NCBI GenBank assembly: GCA_963777605.1
Contig: CAVZRV010000015.1
Span: 160,284-224,283 of the forward strand
From: an uncultured Acidobacteriota bacterium
Lineage (GTDB): Bacteria; Acidobacteriota; UBA6911; RPQK01; JAPXNP01
Direction: 5' to 3'
Length of the DNA stretch: 64,000 bases
Shown here piece by piece: positions 1-10,714 of this stretch. The notes under the pieces are model-generated. The model was not told the DNA's origin. It ran no database searches and worked only from the letters and a program-made list of their open reading frames with translations. Each line of letters begins with the position of its first letter. Position 1 is the first letter of the stretch. Position numbers and translations under genes: made by a program.

Positions 1-273
1 GAAAGTCAGTTCGGTATTCGAAGCGGGATTTGCGGAATCAGTAATCTCAGCGAGAAACACCACTTCGTGCTTCCCGTCCTGGCTTCGGATTGACCAGGTG
101 TTGAAGTCATCAGAAAGTTGGACAGCTTCGTATTGGCCAGCGGGCAAGATCGTCTTTTCGACCTTGAACGGGAATGGAATGTTGCTGTCGATGACGTGAT
201 CGGGATCGTCAGCGTACAAAGAAAGAAGGCTGAATGCCATGACTATGGTTGCGACTAAAAGTGTTCTTCTCAT
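1..273 (-). CDS. Secreted protein, PF-F-V...LPAG-Y family (runs off window edge)
   Basis: Not in the ORF track. Manual translation from ATG at 273 with RBS TAAGGAGG: MRRTLLVATIVMAFSLLSLYA-DDPDHVIDSNIPFPFKVEKTILPAGQYEAV... Has a signal peptide and resembles the protein at 52915-53310. Confidence 0.75.
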   Translation of the reverse strand, partial: MRRTLLVATIVMAFSLLSLYADDPDHVIDSNIPFPFKVEKTILPAGQYEAVQLSDDFNTWSIRSQDGKHEVVFLAEITDSANPASNTELTF

Positions 274-784
274 ATTTTGTATCCTCCTTACGGAACGTAT
301 TTCAATTCTTTAATCAAGCAATGTCCGTTCCAACCATTCACAGATCTCTAAATGCCTGTCTTGGAAAGCCTCGCATCGACCCGATCGCTCATTTCGAGCG
401 GCGAAGCGAGGCTGAATTGACGCCTACACTCAAAATTGCCACGGTTTCTATGCCCGGGCGCTTTGTCCTCCCGAATACGGTCTTCACGCTACAGGGTTAC
501 AATTGAAGCAGTTAGATCCTGGATCAGTTTTTCCAAAGAAACGGGAAGAGCGCGATTGGCTTAAGTTGGACCTTGTTCCAAGGCTCTGGGTCGCACACAG
601 AATCCGAGCATGAGCCTGAGAACCCGCTTTTCTGGGAAGGTTCACCACGATTGTGGATACGCAGACCCTCTGGATGACCCTTCTCTCAGATCTCGTGGTT
701 TCGCAAACTGGAAATTGAGGTAGCCAAGGTCTACCACTTCGAAATTAACAAACACGGCCTCTTCAGCGGGAGGCTTGGAGAAGA

Positions 785-1916
785 ATGATGAAAGCAATCG
801 CCATCACCCCAGGAACCGCCAATGTAAAGCTCGTCGAGAGGGATGAACCTTCGATACAGAAGCCGGACGAAATCAAGCTTCAGGTACTCGAAGTGGGTAT
901 TTGCGGCACAGACCGGGAAGAAGTGAAAGGGGGACGGGCCGATGCTCCCGAAGGCCGGTCGGAACTCGTTATCGGACATGAGATGCTGGGCCGGGTTGTC
1001 GACGCTGGTGACAAGGTCACCCGGGTTCAGCCGGGAGACTACGCAGTCTTCACGGTCCGGCGAAGTTGTGGAGAGTGCCTGCCCGTGCCGAATGAACCGA
1101 CCCGACATGTGTCGTACGGGACGTTACCGTGAGCGTGGCATCAAGGGACTGGATGGGTATCAGACTGAGTTCGTGGTCGACTCGGAACAGTATGTCGTCC
1201 GCGTACCCGCCGAGTTGAACCGTGTTGGAGTACTGTCCGAACCACTGTCGGTCGCGGAGAAAGCAATTGACGAAGCCGTTCAGATCCAGGAAGCCCGCCT
1301 GCCCGACGCACCGGCCACGCCCGCCTGGCTTCACGGGCGGCGGTGCATGGTGGCCGGCATCGGCCCCATCGGGCTCCTGGCCGCTCTTGCCCTTCGGCTT
1401 CGTGGCGCCGAGGTCTACGGACTGGACATCGTCGATCCTGCGTCGGCGCGGCCCCGCTGGTTGGCGGCTATCGGGGGCAAGTACATTGACGGGCGCCAGG
1501 TTCCAGCCGATAAAGTGGATGATACTTTGGGACCGATGGATTTGATTCTCGAGTCGACCGGTGTTGCATCTCTGGAATTCAACCTGCTCGACGCACTTGC
1601 AACCGATGGCATATACGTTCTCACCGGAATTCCGGGAGGTGACCGCCCTCTGCAAATTCAGGGAGCCCAGTTGATTCGACAACTGGTTCTTTCCAACCAG
1701 GTCATGGTGGGCAGTGTCAACGCGGCCCGGGACCATTTCCAGATGGCGGTGGACGATCTGTCCCATGCACATGCACTCTGGGACCAACACGTTGACGGCT
1801 TGATCACGGGCCGTGTGCCATGTGATCAGTTCTCTAAAGCGTTCGGGCAACACGAAGACGACCAGATCAAGACCACAATCGACTGGCGATCTCAAAGCGG
1901 AGAAGAAACTCAATGA
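785..1916 (+). CDS. Zn-dependent glucose 1-dehydrogenase (MDR family), frameshift near 1080
   Basis: ORF 785-1132 has MKAIAI, GICGTD, GHE and RRSCGEC. ORF 942-1916 continues with CRMNRPDMC, ERGIKGLDGY, GIGPIG and VGSVNA. Confidence 0.85.
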
Positions 1917-4338
1917 CAGGGACGATCGGCACAGCTCCAGGCGCCCCGGGATTGGACCCTCGATGGACTTCGGCCGCGAAGAGCGGTGTTGGAACCTCGC
2001 TCGAGTCCCAACAGCCGCGTCTGGTTTACCTTGAGTCACGGCATATTCAACGAGATTTACTACCCTCGGCTGGATCAGGCCTGCGTTCGGGACATGGGCC
2101 TGATTGTGACGGACGGCAAGGACTTCTTCTCCGAGGAGAAACGGCACACCACCAGCGAAATCTCGTGGCTGGGCAACGGGGTTCCCGGATACAGCCTTGT
2201 AAACACCTGTAAACAGGGGCGATACCGCGTCTACAAAGTCATCGTCACCGACCCGGACCGGGATGCCGTTCTTCAGCAACGCAGTTCAAAGCCTTGCAGG
2301 GACAGGCGGGGGACTATCGAATGTTTGTGTTGCTGGCTCCTCACCTCGGCAATTTTGGGGCCGGCAATACGGCTTGGATCGACGATTACAAAGGAACTCC
2401 AATGCTGTTCGCCCAGCGAGATGGGACCTGCCTGGCATTGGCTTCCTCGGCCTCCTGGCTCCGGAGATCGGCCGGATACGTCGGCACGTCGGACGGCTGG
2501 CAGGATCTGACTGTGCATAAACAGATGACCTGGACCTACCAGCGAGCCGAAGATGGCAATGTGGCTTTGACGGGAGAAATCGACCTGCCCGGTTCCCCCG
2601 ACGGCGCCTTTCTCCTCGTTCTGGCTTTCGGCAGGACACCTGCGGAAGCCGGGCTTCGAGCCCGGGCCTGCCTGCTCAGCGGATTTGAGTACGCTCGCGC
2701 CGAGTACGAGCGCAGATGGAAACATTGGCAAGGGCCGCCTGCTTCCAGTCGACAACGGCCACGATGGACTCTACAGGACGTCTACAGCAGTCCTTCGGAC
2801 TCACGAATCGAGTCGCTTTCCGGGTGGGATGATCGCCAGCCTGTCGATCCCATGGGGATTCAGGAAAGGGGATGATGACCTCGGGCGGCTATCATCTTGC
2901 CTGGCCGAGGGATCTGGTGGAGACCGCCGGGGGCCTGCTGGCCGCCGGCGCGGTTGAGGACCTTCGGCGGGTCCTCGACTACCTGCGGGCAACCCAGGAA
3001 CTCGACGGGCACTGGCCCCAGAACATGTGGCTCGATGGGACGTCCTTATTGGACCGGCGTCCAGATGGACGAGACGGCGTTCCCCATCCTTCTGGTGGAC
3101 CTGGCCCGCCGCATGGGGGTCCTTGGCGACGACGGAATTGGCCGAATACTGGCCGATGGTGCGCAAGGCGTCCGCCTACCTGGTCCGCAACGGCCCGGTC
3201 ACCCAGCAGGATCGCTGGGAAGAGGACCCGGGATACTCTCCCTTCACGTTGGCCGTCGAGATCGCCGCTCTGCTCGCGGCGGCTGAGATGGCGACGAGCG
3301 GCAGAAACCGGAGGATCGCCGCGGGCTATCTGCGGAAACCGCCGACGCCTGGAATGAAGGGATCGAGCGCTGGACCTACGTAACCGGGACCGACCTTGGC
3401 GCCGCGAGGTTCGGGGTGGAAGGTTACTACGTCCGGGTTGCCCCGCCCGACGGCGGGATCCAGCGCTTCCCCGGCAGAAGGATTCGTTCCGATCAAGAAC
3501 TCGGCCCCCGCGGAGAGCCTGCAACCCGCCGGCCAGATCGTCAGCCCGGACGCCCTCGCACTGGTCCGATTCGGACTGCGTGCGCCGGACGATCCTCGCA
3601 TTCTCGCAGACCGTGAAGGTCATCGACCACCTGCTGAAAGTGGAGACGCCCCGGCGGGCCCCTCTGGCGACGCTACAACGATGACGGCTACGGTGAACAC
3701 GAAGACGGCATCGCGCATTTGACGGAACCGGGAATAGGACGAGCCTGGCCATTGCTGACCGGAGAACGGGCCCACTATGAACTGGCCGCCGGTCGCCGCG
3801 ATGAGGCGACGCCTTGATAGGGCGATGGAGTCGTTCGCCAGTGCCGGGGGAATGCTCCCCGAGCAGGTCTGGGATGCGCCGGACATCCGCCGAACGGGAA
3901 CTCTATTTCGGCCGACCTTCGGGGTCCGCTATGCCCCTGGTCTGGGCCCACGCCGAGTACATCAAACTCCGCCGCTCTCTCCGCGACGGCCGGGTCTTCG
4001 ATATGCCGCCGCAGACGGTCGATCGCTATATCGAATGATTCGACGGAATCCCGAATCCGTGGATCTGGCGGTTCAACCACAAATCCAGGAGTCTCCCTGC
4101 CGGCAGGAACACTGCGCATTGAGGTCCTGTCCGCTGCACTCGTCCGCTGGACCGTAGACGAGTGGGACACGTCCCGCGACGCACGAGACCCGGGATACGG
4201 GATTGGGAGTCCAAGTGGCGGATCTCGACACGACTCAGCTGAATCCGGAGCGCACGCATGTGAATTCACCTTCTACTGGCCGGAAAAGGGGCCTGGGAGG
4301 GGACCGACTTCAAGGTCCACGTCGTGCCCGGGACCTGA
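1913..4338 (+). CDS. GH15 glucoamylase/glucodextranase-like glucan 1,4-alpha-glucosidase, many frameshifts
   Basis: Collinear motifs spread over frames: APGAPG..PRWTSAAKSGVG, VWFTLSHGIFNEIYYPRLD, IASLSIPWG, GGYHLAWPRDL, WPQNMWLDG, QMDETAFP, QDRWEE, LVRFGLR, MLPEQVWD, GSAMPLVWAHAEY. Last frame stops at TGA 4336-4338. Confidence 0.85.
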
Positions 4339-4405
4339 GGCTGCAGACCCCGACCGCCGGAGTTGCTTCCAGGAAGTTCGGTTCGGGAGGGTCTATAGTG
4401 GATTC

Positions 4406-4912
4406 ATGATTAAGTACTTCACAATCGCAGCTGCCGCTGTCGTGGCACTTGGAATTTTCGCAAGAAGTTCGGCAGCAAAACCGGAGGCAGAACATACCCG
4501 GGTTGTAGGTCCTTACCGGTTTGAATTAGAGGTCCTGCCCCCCGAACCGTTCTATACCAAAACCCAGGTCGAGTCGGAGCACGTCAAGAAGGGCATGTTG
4601 GTCATTCGAGGCGCAGTGCCTGTCCAGCCCGGAGCAAACTCTCATCCGGACCATCACCTGGTCGTTCACCTGTTTGACAAGACATCCGGCAAGGCGGTCA
4701 CTGGGGCCCAAGTCACCATGAGATACCAAGAACTTGCGCAGGACGGAGAGCCCTCAGGACCAGCCACCCGCTTACCGGTGACTGAAATGCAGGTGATCGG
4801 CAAGGGGCCATCGACCACCCATTACGGCAACAATGTCACCTTGCCGTCCGGAAGTTACCAGGTCACGATCGAGGCCAACAATACCACTGCAACGTTCACG
4901 ATCAAGGTGTGA
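4406..4912 (+). CDS. Secreted protein, possibly P19/FtrA- or YtkA-like metal-binding
   Basis: Signal peptide, HHLVVHLFD and EM...HYGNNV motifs, Ig-like GSYQVTIEA C-terminus. Confidence 0.5.
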   Translation: MIKYFTIAAAAVVALGIFARSSAAKPEAEHTRVVGPYRFELEVLPPEPFYTKTQVESEHVKKGMLVIRGAVPVQPGANSHPDHHLVVHLFDKTSGKAVTGAQVTMRYQELAQDGEPSGPATRLPVTEMQVIGKGPSTTHYGNNVTLPSGSYQVTIEANNTTATFTIKV

Positions 4913-4952
4913 GCCGGTAGCGCCGAGCGCCACGAACTGGGACAATTGAGCC

Positions 4953-6209
4953 ATGAAGTTCGTCCTGCCCTCGTCGCGACGCCGCTTTTTTCAGCAACTT
5001 TCGGCTGCCGGAGTGATCCTGCCTGGCTTTGCAGAACTTTCGGCTTCGACCCAAGAGGGTTCGGCGGGCGCCTTGCCCGACATCGGGACGCTCTACCCCC
5101 AGATCGAAAGCATCGCCCAGCGAAACACCTATCCCTACTCCTATCTGGTGCGGGATTATCCCGATACTGCCAGTTACCGTAGGACCGTTCGAAACAAGGT
5201 GTTTGAGCTCTTTCATTACGACCCGCCTCCAGTCGATCCTGCTCCCAAACTCGTTGACCGCTGGGAGCACGACGATTACATCCAGGAGAAGATTGTCTTT
5301 TCGACAACTCCGTGGTTCCAGGTACCCGCCTATGTACTCACTCCAAGGGGATTCAAGGGCCGGCGGCCGGGCATCGTTGACCTCCATTCCCACGGCGGCA
5401 TGTTCGTCTTCGGCAAAGAGAAAGTGATGCCGATGCCGGGAGGCGATCACCCGGCCATCACCGAGTACCGAAAAAACAACTACGACGGCGTGTCCACTTC
5501 CCTCCAGCTCTGCAAACGAGGATACGTGGTGGTCTCGATCGACTGTTTCTACTTTGGCGAACGCCGAACGCGATTTGGGGACCTCCCCGAACGATTGGCG
5601 GGTGACCGCAACGCCCTCAGTGTCTCCGAGGTTCAGCAGGTCAACCGCCGAGCCGGCCAGGGGGAAGCCACGCTGGCGAAGAGCTTGTTCTGGGCCGGGA
5701 CGACCTGGCAGGGAATTGCCCACTGGGATGACATTCGAACCGTTGACTATCTCATGAGCCGGGCGGACGTCGATCCCGAGCGGATCGGGTGCCTGGGCAT
5801 TTCCATGGGTGGGGACCGAACCGACTACCTGTCGGGACTCGACGAACGGATTCGCTGCGCCGTCTCGATCGGATGGATGTCCACCCTGCGGGAGATGATC
5901 CCCCATCACGTTGACACTCACAGCTTCATGCACTTCGTTCCCGGCCTTACCCACTTCATCGACCTGCCCGACCTGATCGGCTGCATGGTCCCCAAGCCGT
6001 TGATGGTCCAGTACTGCCGCCAGGACAATCTCTATCCCCTCGACGGGATGGAGAAGTCCCGGGTCAAGCTCACGGATATCTATCAAAAGGCAGGCGCGCC
6101 GGACCGCTTCCAGGGCCGCTTTTACGACCGCCCTCACATGTTCGGGCTGGAAATGCAAAAGGACGCCTACGAGTGGCTCGATCGCTGGCTGGAACCGGAA
6201 CGGGTATGA
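4953..6209 (+). CDS. Tat-exported alpha/beta hydrolase (dienelactone hydrolase-like)
   Basis: SRRRFFQ Tat motif, LHSHGG, RIGCLGISMGG nucleophile elbow, C-terminal PH. Confidence 0.85.
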   Translation: MKFVLPSSRRRFFQQLSAAGVILPGFAELSASTQEGSAGALPDIGTLYPQIESIAQRNTYPYSYLVRDYPDTASYRRTVRNKVFELFHYDPPPVDPAPKLVDRWEHDDYIQEKIVFSTTPWFQVPAYVLTPRGFKGRRPGIVDLHSHGGMFVFGKEKVMPMPGGDHPAITEYRKNNYDGVSTSLQLCKRGYVVVSIDCFYFGERRTRFGDLPERLAGDRNALSVSEVQQVNRRAGQGEATLAKSLFWAGTTWQGIAHWDDIRTVDYLMSRADVDPERIGCLGISMGGDRTDYLSGLDERIRCAVSIGWMSTLREMIPHHVDTHSFMHFVPGLTHFIDLPDLIGCMVPKPLMVQYCRQDNLYPLDGMEKSRVKLTDIYQKAGAPDRFQGRFYDRPHMFGLEMQKDAYEWLDRWLEPERV

Positions 6210-6225
6210 GCGACGACGGGAAAGC

Positions 6226-6332
6226 GGTTTCTGGTTTCGGGTTTCGGGTTTCGGGTTCAAGTCACATAGCCCCGCCCCCGGCCGCCGCCGGATCATTCAA
6301 AGAGTGAAACTGGTTTTGGGTTTCGGGTGCCG
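6226..6332 (+). repeat. Heptamer tandem array (GGTTTCG-type) interrupted by a 58-bp dispersed repeat
   Basis: ggtttct ggtttcg ggtttcg ggtttcg ggttcaa at 6226-6260, then ggttttg ggtttcg ggtgccg from 6312. Confidence 0.85.
6256..6313 (+). repeat. Dispersed repeat module B, copy 1
   Basis: ttcaagtcacatagccccgcccccggccgccgccggatcattcaaagagtgaaactgg; near-copies at 24716-24769 and 25129-25181. Confidence 0.85.
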
Positions 6333-6412
6333 AGTGCTTGGGATTTCATCCAGCTTCCAATTCCCGCTTCCCGATTCCTCCAAAATGAAGTTTCAATTTA
6401 GCTTTGCCGGAG

Positions 6413-6473
6413 TTCCGCCCCGCTCGCGGGGCGGAATGGAGTAGCCCAGGATGTAACGAAGCGGAATCCTGGG
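6413..6473. repeat. REP-like double hairpin
   Basis: ttccgccccgc-tc-gcggggcggaa (6413-6436) and cccaggat-N13-atcctggg (6445-6473), between convergent genes. Confidence 0.65.
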
Positions 6474-6533
6474 TTTGCCCGGCACACCATCCACCTCAAG
6501 TCCCGCCTCCGGGGGACGACATGGAGGGAATGA

Positions 6534-6600
6534 AACGTTGAACTTGGAACTTTGAACCCGGACACCCGAACCCAGGAACCAGGAACCAGGAACCAGGAAC
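6534..6600 (-). repeat. Heptamer tandem array (AACCAGG on +, GTTCCTG on -)
   Basis: aacgttg aacttgg aactttg aacccgg acacccg aacccagg aaccagg aaccagg aaccagg, directly after the stop of the PQQ dehydrogenase. Confidence 0.85.
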
Positions 6601-6601
6601 T

Positions 6602-8513
6602 TCATTCCCCGTCAATCGGCAGCGCATACGCGACCAGGACGTCCGACCAGTGGTCCGGGCTGAATGCCCCCCCTCCGCCGGCTGCGATCACCACGTATTG
6701 ACGGCCGTCACTTCCCAGGTAGGTGGCAGGAGTGGCATGACCGCTCGCCTCGAGGTCCGCGGTCCAGAGCTCTTCTCCCGACGCGGCATCAAAAGCCCGG
6801 AACCTGCGATCGTTGGTACCGGCGATGAAGACGAGGCCTCCCGACGTGACGATCGAACCGCCAAGGTTGGGTGCGCCCGTCTTCTGAACTCCCCTGGCTT
6901 CCAGTTCCCGTACGCTGCCGAGAGGCACCTTCCAGGCGATGGTCCCGGTCTTCAGGTCGACGGCGTTCAGAGTCCCCCAGGGCGGCTGCTGGCAGGGCCA
7001 ACGATTCTCATCCCAGAACCGGGCATACGCCCCCCATTGACTGTTTCGTCGATAGGAGCCGTCATCGGTCTTCTCCATGAGGGCGATACGCCCGACCTCG
7101 TTCACGTTGACGTAGAGGAGACCGGATCCCGGATCGAATGAAGCACCCGACCAGGTGGCACCTCCAAGCGTTCCCGGGAAGCTCAGCGTCAGTTCAGATC
7201 CCGCTGGAGTAAAGACGCCGCCACTCGTGGAACGATCGAATAGGTTCCGGCAGTACTGATTCGACTCCGGCGTCACCGTCGTCAACTCCTCCCGGGTCAG
7301 GGGCGTGATTCGGGCCAGAGGAGGAGGCTGCAGCGGAAAGGGTTGAGTCGCCCAGGTATGTTCTCCGGGAACAGTACTCTGGGGAACCGGTTGTTCCTCA
7401 ACCGGAAAGATCGGCTCGCCGGTCACTCTGTCCAGCACGTATACAAACCCCATCTTAGTCACCTGGACCACCGCCGGGATCGTAATTCCGTCCCGCTCGA
7501 CATCGACGAGTACCGGTTGTGCCGGAAGGTCAAAATCCCAGATGTCATGGTGAACCATTTGGAAGTGCCACAGTTTCTTCCCGGTGGCGGCGTCAAGGGC
7601 GACCAGGCAATTTCCATAGAGGTTCTCACCCTCGCGGTCTGCCCCGTAGAAGTCATAGGCGGGCGAGCCGACGGGAAGAAAGGCGATGCCTCGTTCCTGA
7701 GTCAACGCTGATCATCGACCAGACATTGGTGCCGGTCCGATCCGCCCTTCCCTCTTTCGGCCAGGTCTCTGACTCCCGGAGTTCCCCGTCCAGGGGGACG
7801 GTTTGGAAAACCCAGATCGGTTCTCCAGTGCGTGTATCGAACGCCCGAACCGCACCACTGGGACCGTGGGATGGGCCCTCCGGCACAAGCGCCCCCACAA
7901 TCAGAAGATTCTGGTAAACGGCCGGAGGAGAGGTAACCGCGAACTCCAAGTCCCGCCACTTGGGAGACAAGTCCTTCTTTAGATCGAGGAATCCCCCCTC
8001 GGCAAAATCGGGGCATGGCCGTCCTTGCTCCGTGTCGAGGCAAACCAGGCGCCCGTCCGGAAGGGGCGCGAAAAGACGTCCGCCTTCTCCCTCCCAATAG
8101 GCAACACCGCGGTTGGCCTGAAACTTCCGGTCGGCGGTCCTGCCCGGGAAGGGATCGAATTCCCAGATTTCCTCCCCGTTCGTCGCGTCGAGAGCGACGA
8201 CACGCCCGGATGGCGTCGAGAGAAGAAGCCGGTTTCCAATGACCAGGGGAGTGCATTCGAATGCGGCCGGCCTCGACAGCGACGCGGAATTCATCCACTC
8301 CGCCTCGCCGGTGCTGAAAGTCCAGGCCGGGACCAATCCCCGTACGTTCTCGACATTGATCTGGTCGAGTGGCGAAAAGCGCTCGCCGCCGGGGTCATGA
8401 CCGTAAAACGCCCATTCGGCTGCATGGCCTGGGGATGCCGGGGGTAGTTCGGAACAGGCGCCCAGAACGAGCAGAGCCAAAGAAAGCGTTAGGAAACGGG
8501 CAAAACTCGTCAT
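6602..8513 (-). CDS. PQQ-dependent (quinoprotein glucose-type) dehydrogenase lipoprotein, frameshift near 7700
   Basis: Lipobox LVLGAC, RFSPLDQIN, FECTPL, NRGVAYW, VTSPP, TNVWS, then HHDIWDFDLP, PPWGTLNAVDL, GGLVFI and GRQYVVIAAGG. Confidence 0.9.
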
Positions 8514-8563
8514 AGAAAGTTCCATTCTGATTTCGAAGCCGAGGTCATGCCGAAGCCGTTTCA

Positions 8564-9985
8564 TCAACCCGCCATCGAGGCAATTCGCGCGGCGACCCGG
8601 TTCGCCGACCGGGTGGCCGCCTCCATGCCCCAGTTGAGGTTGTCGGCGTACGCCCCGGCGAAGTGCAGCCGACCGAAAGGTTCGATGATGGCAGGCCAAA
8701 TCCTGGTCAATTCCCCCGGCCGGCAGGGAACCGTTTCGCAACTCGAACACCAGTCCTCCTCAGGCCAGCGCAGCACGTGAACCTGTTCGATCGAGTCCGT
8801 CTTCCCCGGGTAGACCGACCGGAAGGCCTCGAGTACCGATTCGGCGGAGGCCAAGCCGGGAGCGGTACCTTCGAGGAAACCCCGGTCGGTTGGCACTTCG
8901 GCGGCCATCTGCCAGATATTGGAGAGCGAGGGATGCCCAACCGAGAGGTTGGGACTGACGCCGTCCTCCTCCCAGAACCGGGTCCGCGACTGGATCGCCA
9001 CCCGCGTGTGGGAGTAATAGTTCAGCAACTCGATCGCCTGCTGTTTCTCGGCGGGGAGATGCGGTTCGAGGTTCAAGCCGGCCAACTGCCCCAGGTTGAT
9101 GCAACTGACGGCGAAATCGGCCTTGATCACCCGGTCTTCACCTCCAAAGAGACGATAGCGGACGGCAACCGAGCCTTCGTCCTGGGACAGTCCGGTCACC
9201 GGGCATCCGCGCCAGACGCGGGAACCGAGCCGCGCCGCAAACGCGTCGCAGATCCCCTGGTTTCCTCCCACCAGCCTGAAGATCTGGCGGGGAAACAGCG
9301 GGACCCCTCTGATCTGGAGGATCGCCGTGTGCCAGAGTTCGTGAAGGGCCGAAGCCCCGCCACCCAGTCGAGCAATCGCCGCTTTGGACGCTCCCTCCCG
9401 GGTCAGGAATTCTTCCATCGAGAGTTCATCGAGACGCCTCAGGTCTCCCGGAAAGGGGTCGTACTCATCGTCGAACTCGTCCAGGTACGGCTTGAAAAAC
9501 AGCAACGGGAGGTCGCTCCAGTCGTGTTGGGACAGGAACTGAACTTCGCGGGGACTGAAGTTTCTCGCCCTCAGCCAGGTTGGATCCTTCAGTTCGTCGT
9601 CCGTGTAGAACCGCCCGTCGATGCGGCGAAGCAGGTTGTCGCGCTGCAGGCAACGAGTCGTCTCGAGCCCGAATTCATCGACGTACTTCCAGAACAGTTC
9701 ATATCCAGGCCGGGTGATGTGTTCGGCGCCTCCGTCCAGGTACAGGCCGTCGGGAAAGGGATCGCGAACCGTCCGAACATGGCCTCCGATTCGCCCGGAA
9801 GCCTCCAGCACGGTCACATCAACTCCCTTGCGCATCAACTCGTACGCAGTGCACAGTCCGGCGATTCCGGCCCCAATGACAACGACTTTGGCTCCACTTG
9901 CCGGAGCGGAAGACCGCGCCAGCATCGGAGCCGACAACGTGGACGCAAGCGAAGCTTGCAGGAACCGACGCCTCGGCAACTTCAT
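8564..9985 (-). CDS. Tat-exported flavin monoamine/L-amino-acid oxidase family protein
   Basis: PRRRFLQ, GAGIAG FAD motif, RIGGH, DGGAEH, LHFAGAY...WGMEAA. Confidence 0.88.
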   Translation of the reverse strand: MKLPRRRFLQASLASTLSAPMLARSSAPASGAKVVVIGAGIAGLCTAYELMRKGVDVTVLEASGRIGGHVRTVRDPFPDGLYLDGGAEHITRPGYELFWKYVDEFGLETTRCLQRDNLLRRIDGRFYTDDELKDPTWLRARNFSPREVQFLSQHDWSDLPLLFFKPYLDEFDDEYDPFPGDLRRLDELSMEEFLTREGASKAAIARLGGGASALHELWHTAILQIRGVPLFPRQIFRLVGGNQGICDAFAARLGSRVWRGCPVTGLSQDEGSVAVRYRLFGGEDRVIKADFAVSCINLGQLAGLNLEPHLPAEKQQAIELLNYYSHTRVAIQSRTRFWEEDGVSPNLSVGHPSLSNIWQMAAEVPTDRGFLEGTAPGLASAESVLEAFRSVYPGKTDSIEQVHVLRWPEEDWCSSCETVPCRPGELTRIWPAIIEPFGRLHFAGAYADNLNWGMEAATRSANRVAARIASMAG

Positions 9986-10093
9986 ACTTTTCTCCTCCGA
10001 TCCTGAGCTTCGGTGAATCCCTTCGGGACCAGGCAAGTCGTTGAGGCCAATGTTAGGCCCCGCAAACCGGGTGTCAAACGACCGAAAACGATG

Positions 10094-10610
10094 TCAATCA
10101 TGCTCGGCCACGGAAGAGTCGAGGCGGGTACCAACTGACCCTGATCCTGTCGTTATCGACTGGATCAGGTACTCGGTGACTTCACCGGGAGAAATCTTCT
10201 CATGGAGGAGCAATGACTGATCTTCTCCAGTTCATCACGGACGTGTCGAATCTCAAGAGAGTAAGAACCGGAATCCGTTCCGATCACCGAGAGCCGGTAC
10301 TCTCCGATATCGGTTTGAGGCAGGTACAAGATTCGGGTTTCTGGCCCTCTTGCACCGGTTTCGTCATCGTCGATACGCTCGGCTTCATACGTCGCAAGCG
10401 GGATCTCAGCAAACAACACGTTACCCCTTCGGTTAGTTCCGCACCTTCTTCCGGACGGATCCTGAACAAGGAGTTGGGCCGGAGGTAAAGTTCTCCTTCG
10501 CCCGGGTGCACCCGGATGTCGAGCGCCCCGGCCTGGCTGAATACGAAGGCATTAAATGAAAGGCAAATGAGAGAACCGTACAGAGTCAGCAGCGGAAGCC
10601 GCTACTACTG
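10094..10610 (-). CDS. Probable secreted hypothetical protein, frameshifted, start uncertain
   Basis: Joining frames gives a hydrophobic LLTLYGSLICLSFNAFVFSQAG, then AQLLVQDPSGRRCG, FAEIPLATYEAERIDDDETG, GEYRLSVIGTDSGSYSLEI. Candidate stop at 10094-10096. Confidence 0.4.
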
Positions 10611-10714
10611 GGTCGATCCCCAAGAGAGGATCGCCGAGACGGAACCCGACACCACGCCAGGCATCGATTTCCGGAAACTCCTCATCTTGAATGCAAAATT
10701 CGGCGGCCGCTACT

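Noticed and set aside
249-506. 85-aa plus-strand ORF
   Set aside because: TTG start, no motif, and it overlaps the start and RBS of the better-supported minus-strand gene.
1913-4338. Programmed frameshifting or phase variation as the cause of split genes
   Set aside because: Too many shifts across unrelated genes and no shared slippery site or stimulatory structure; sequencing error is simpler.
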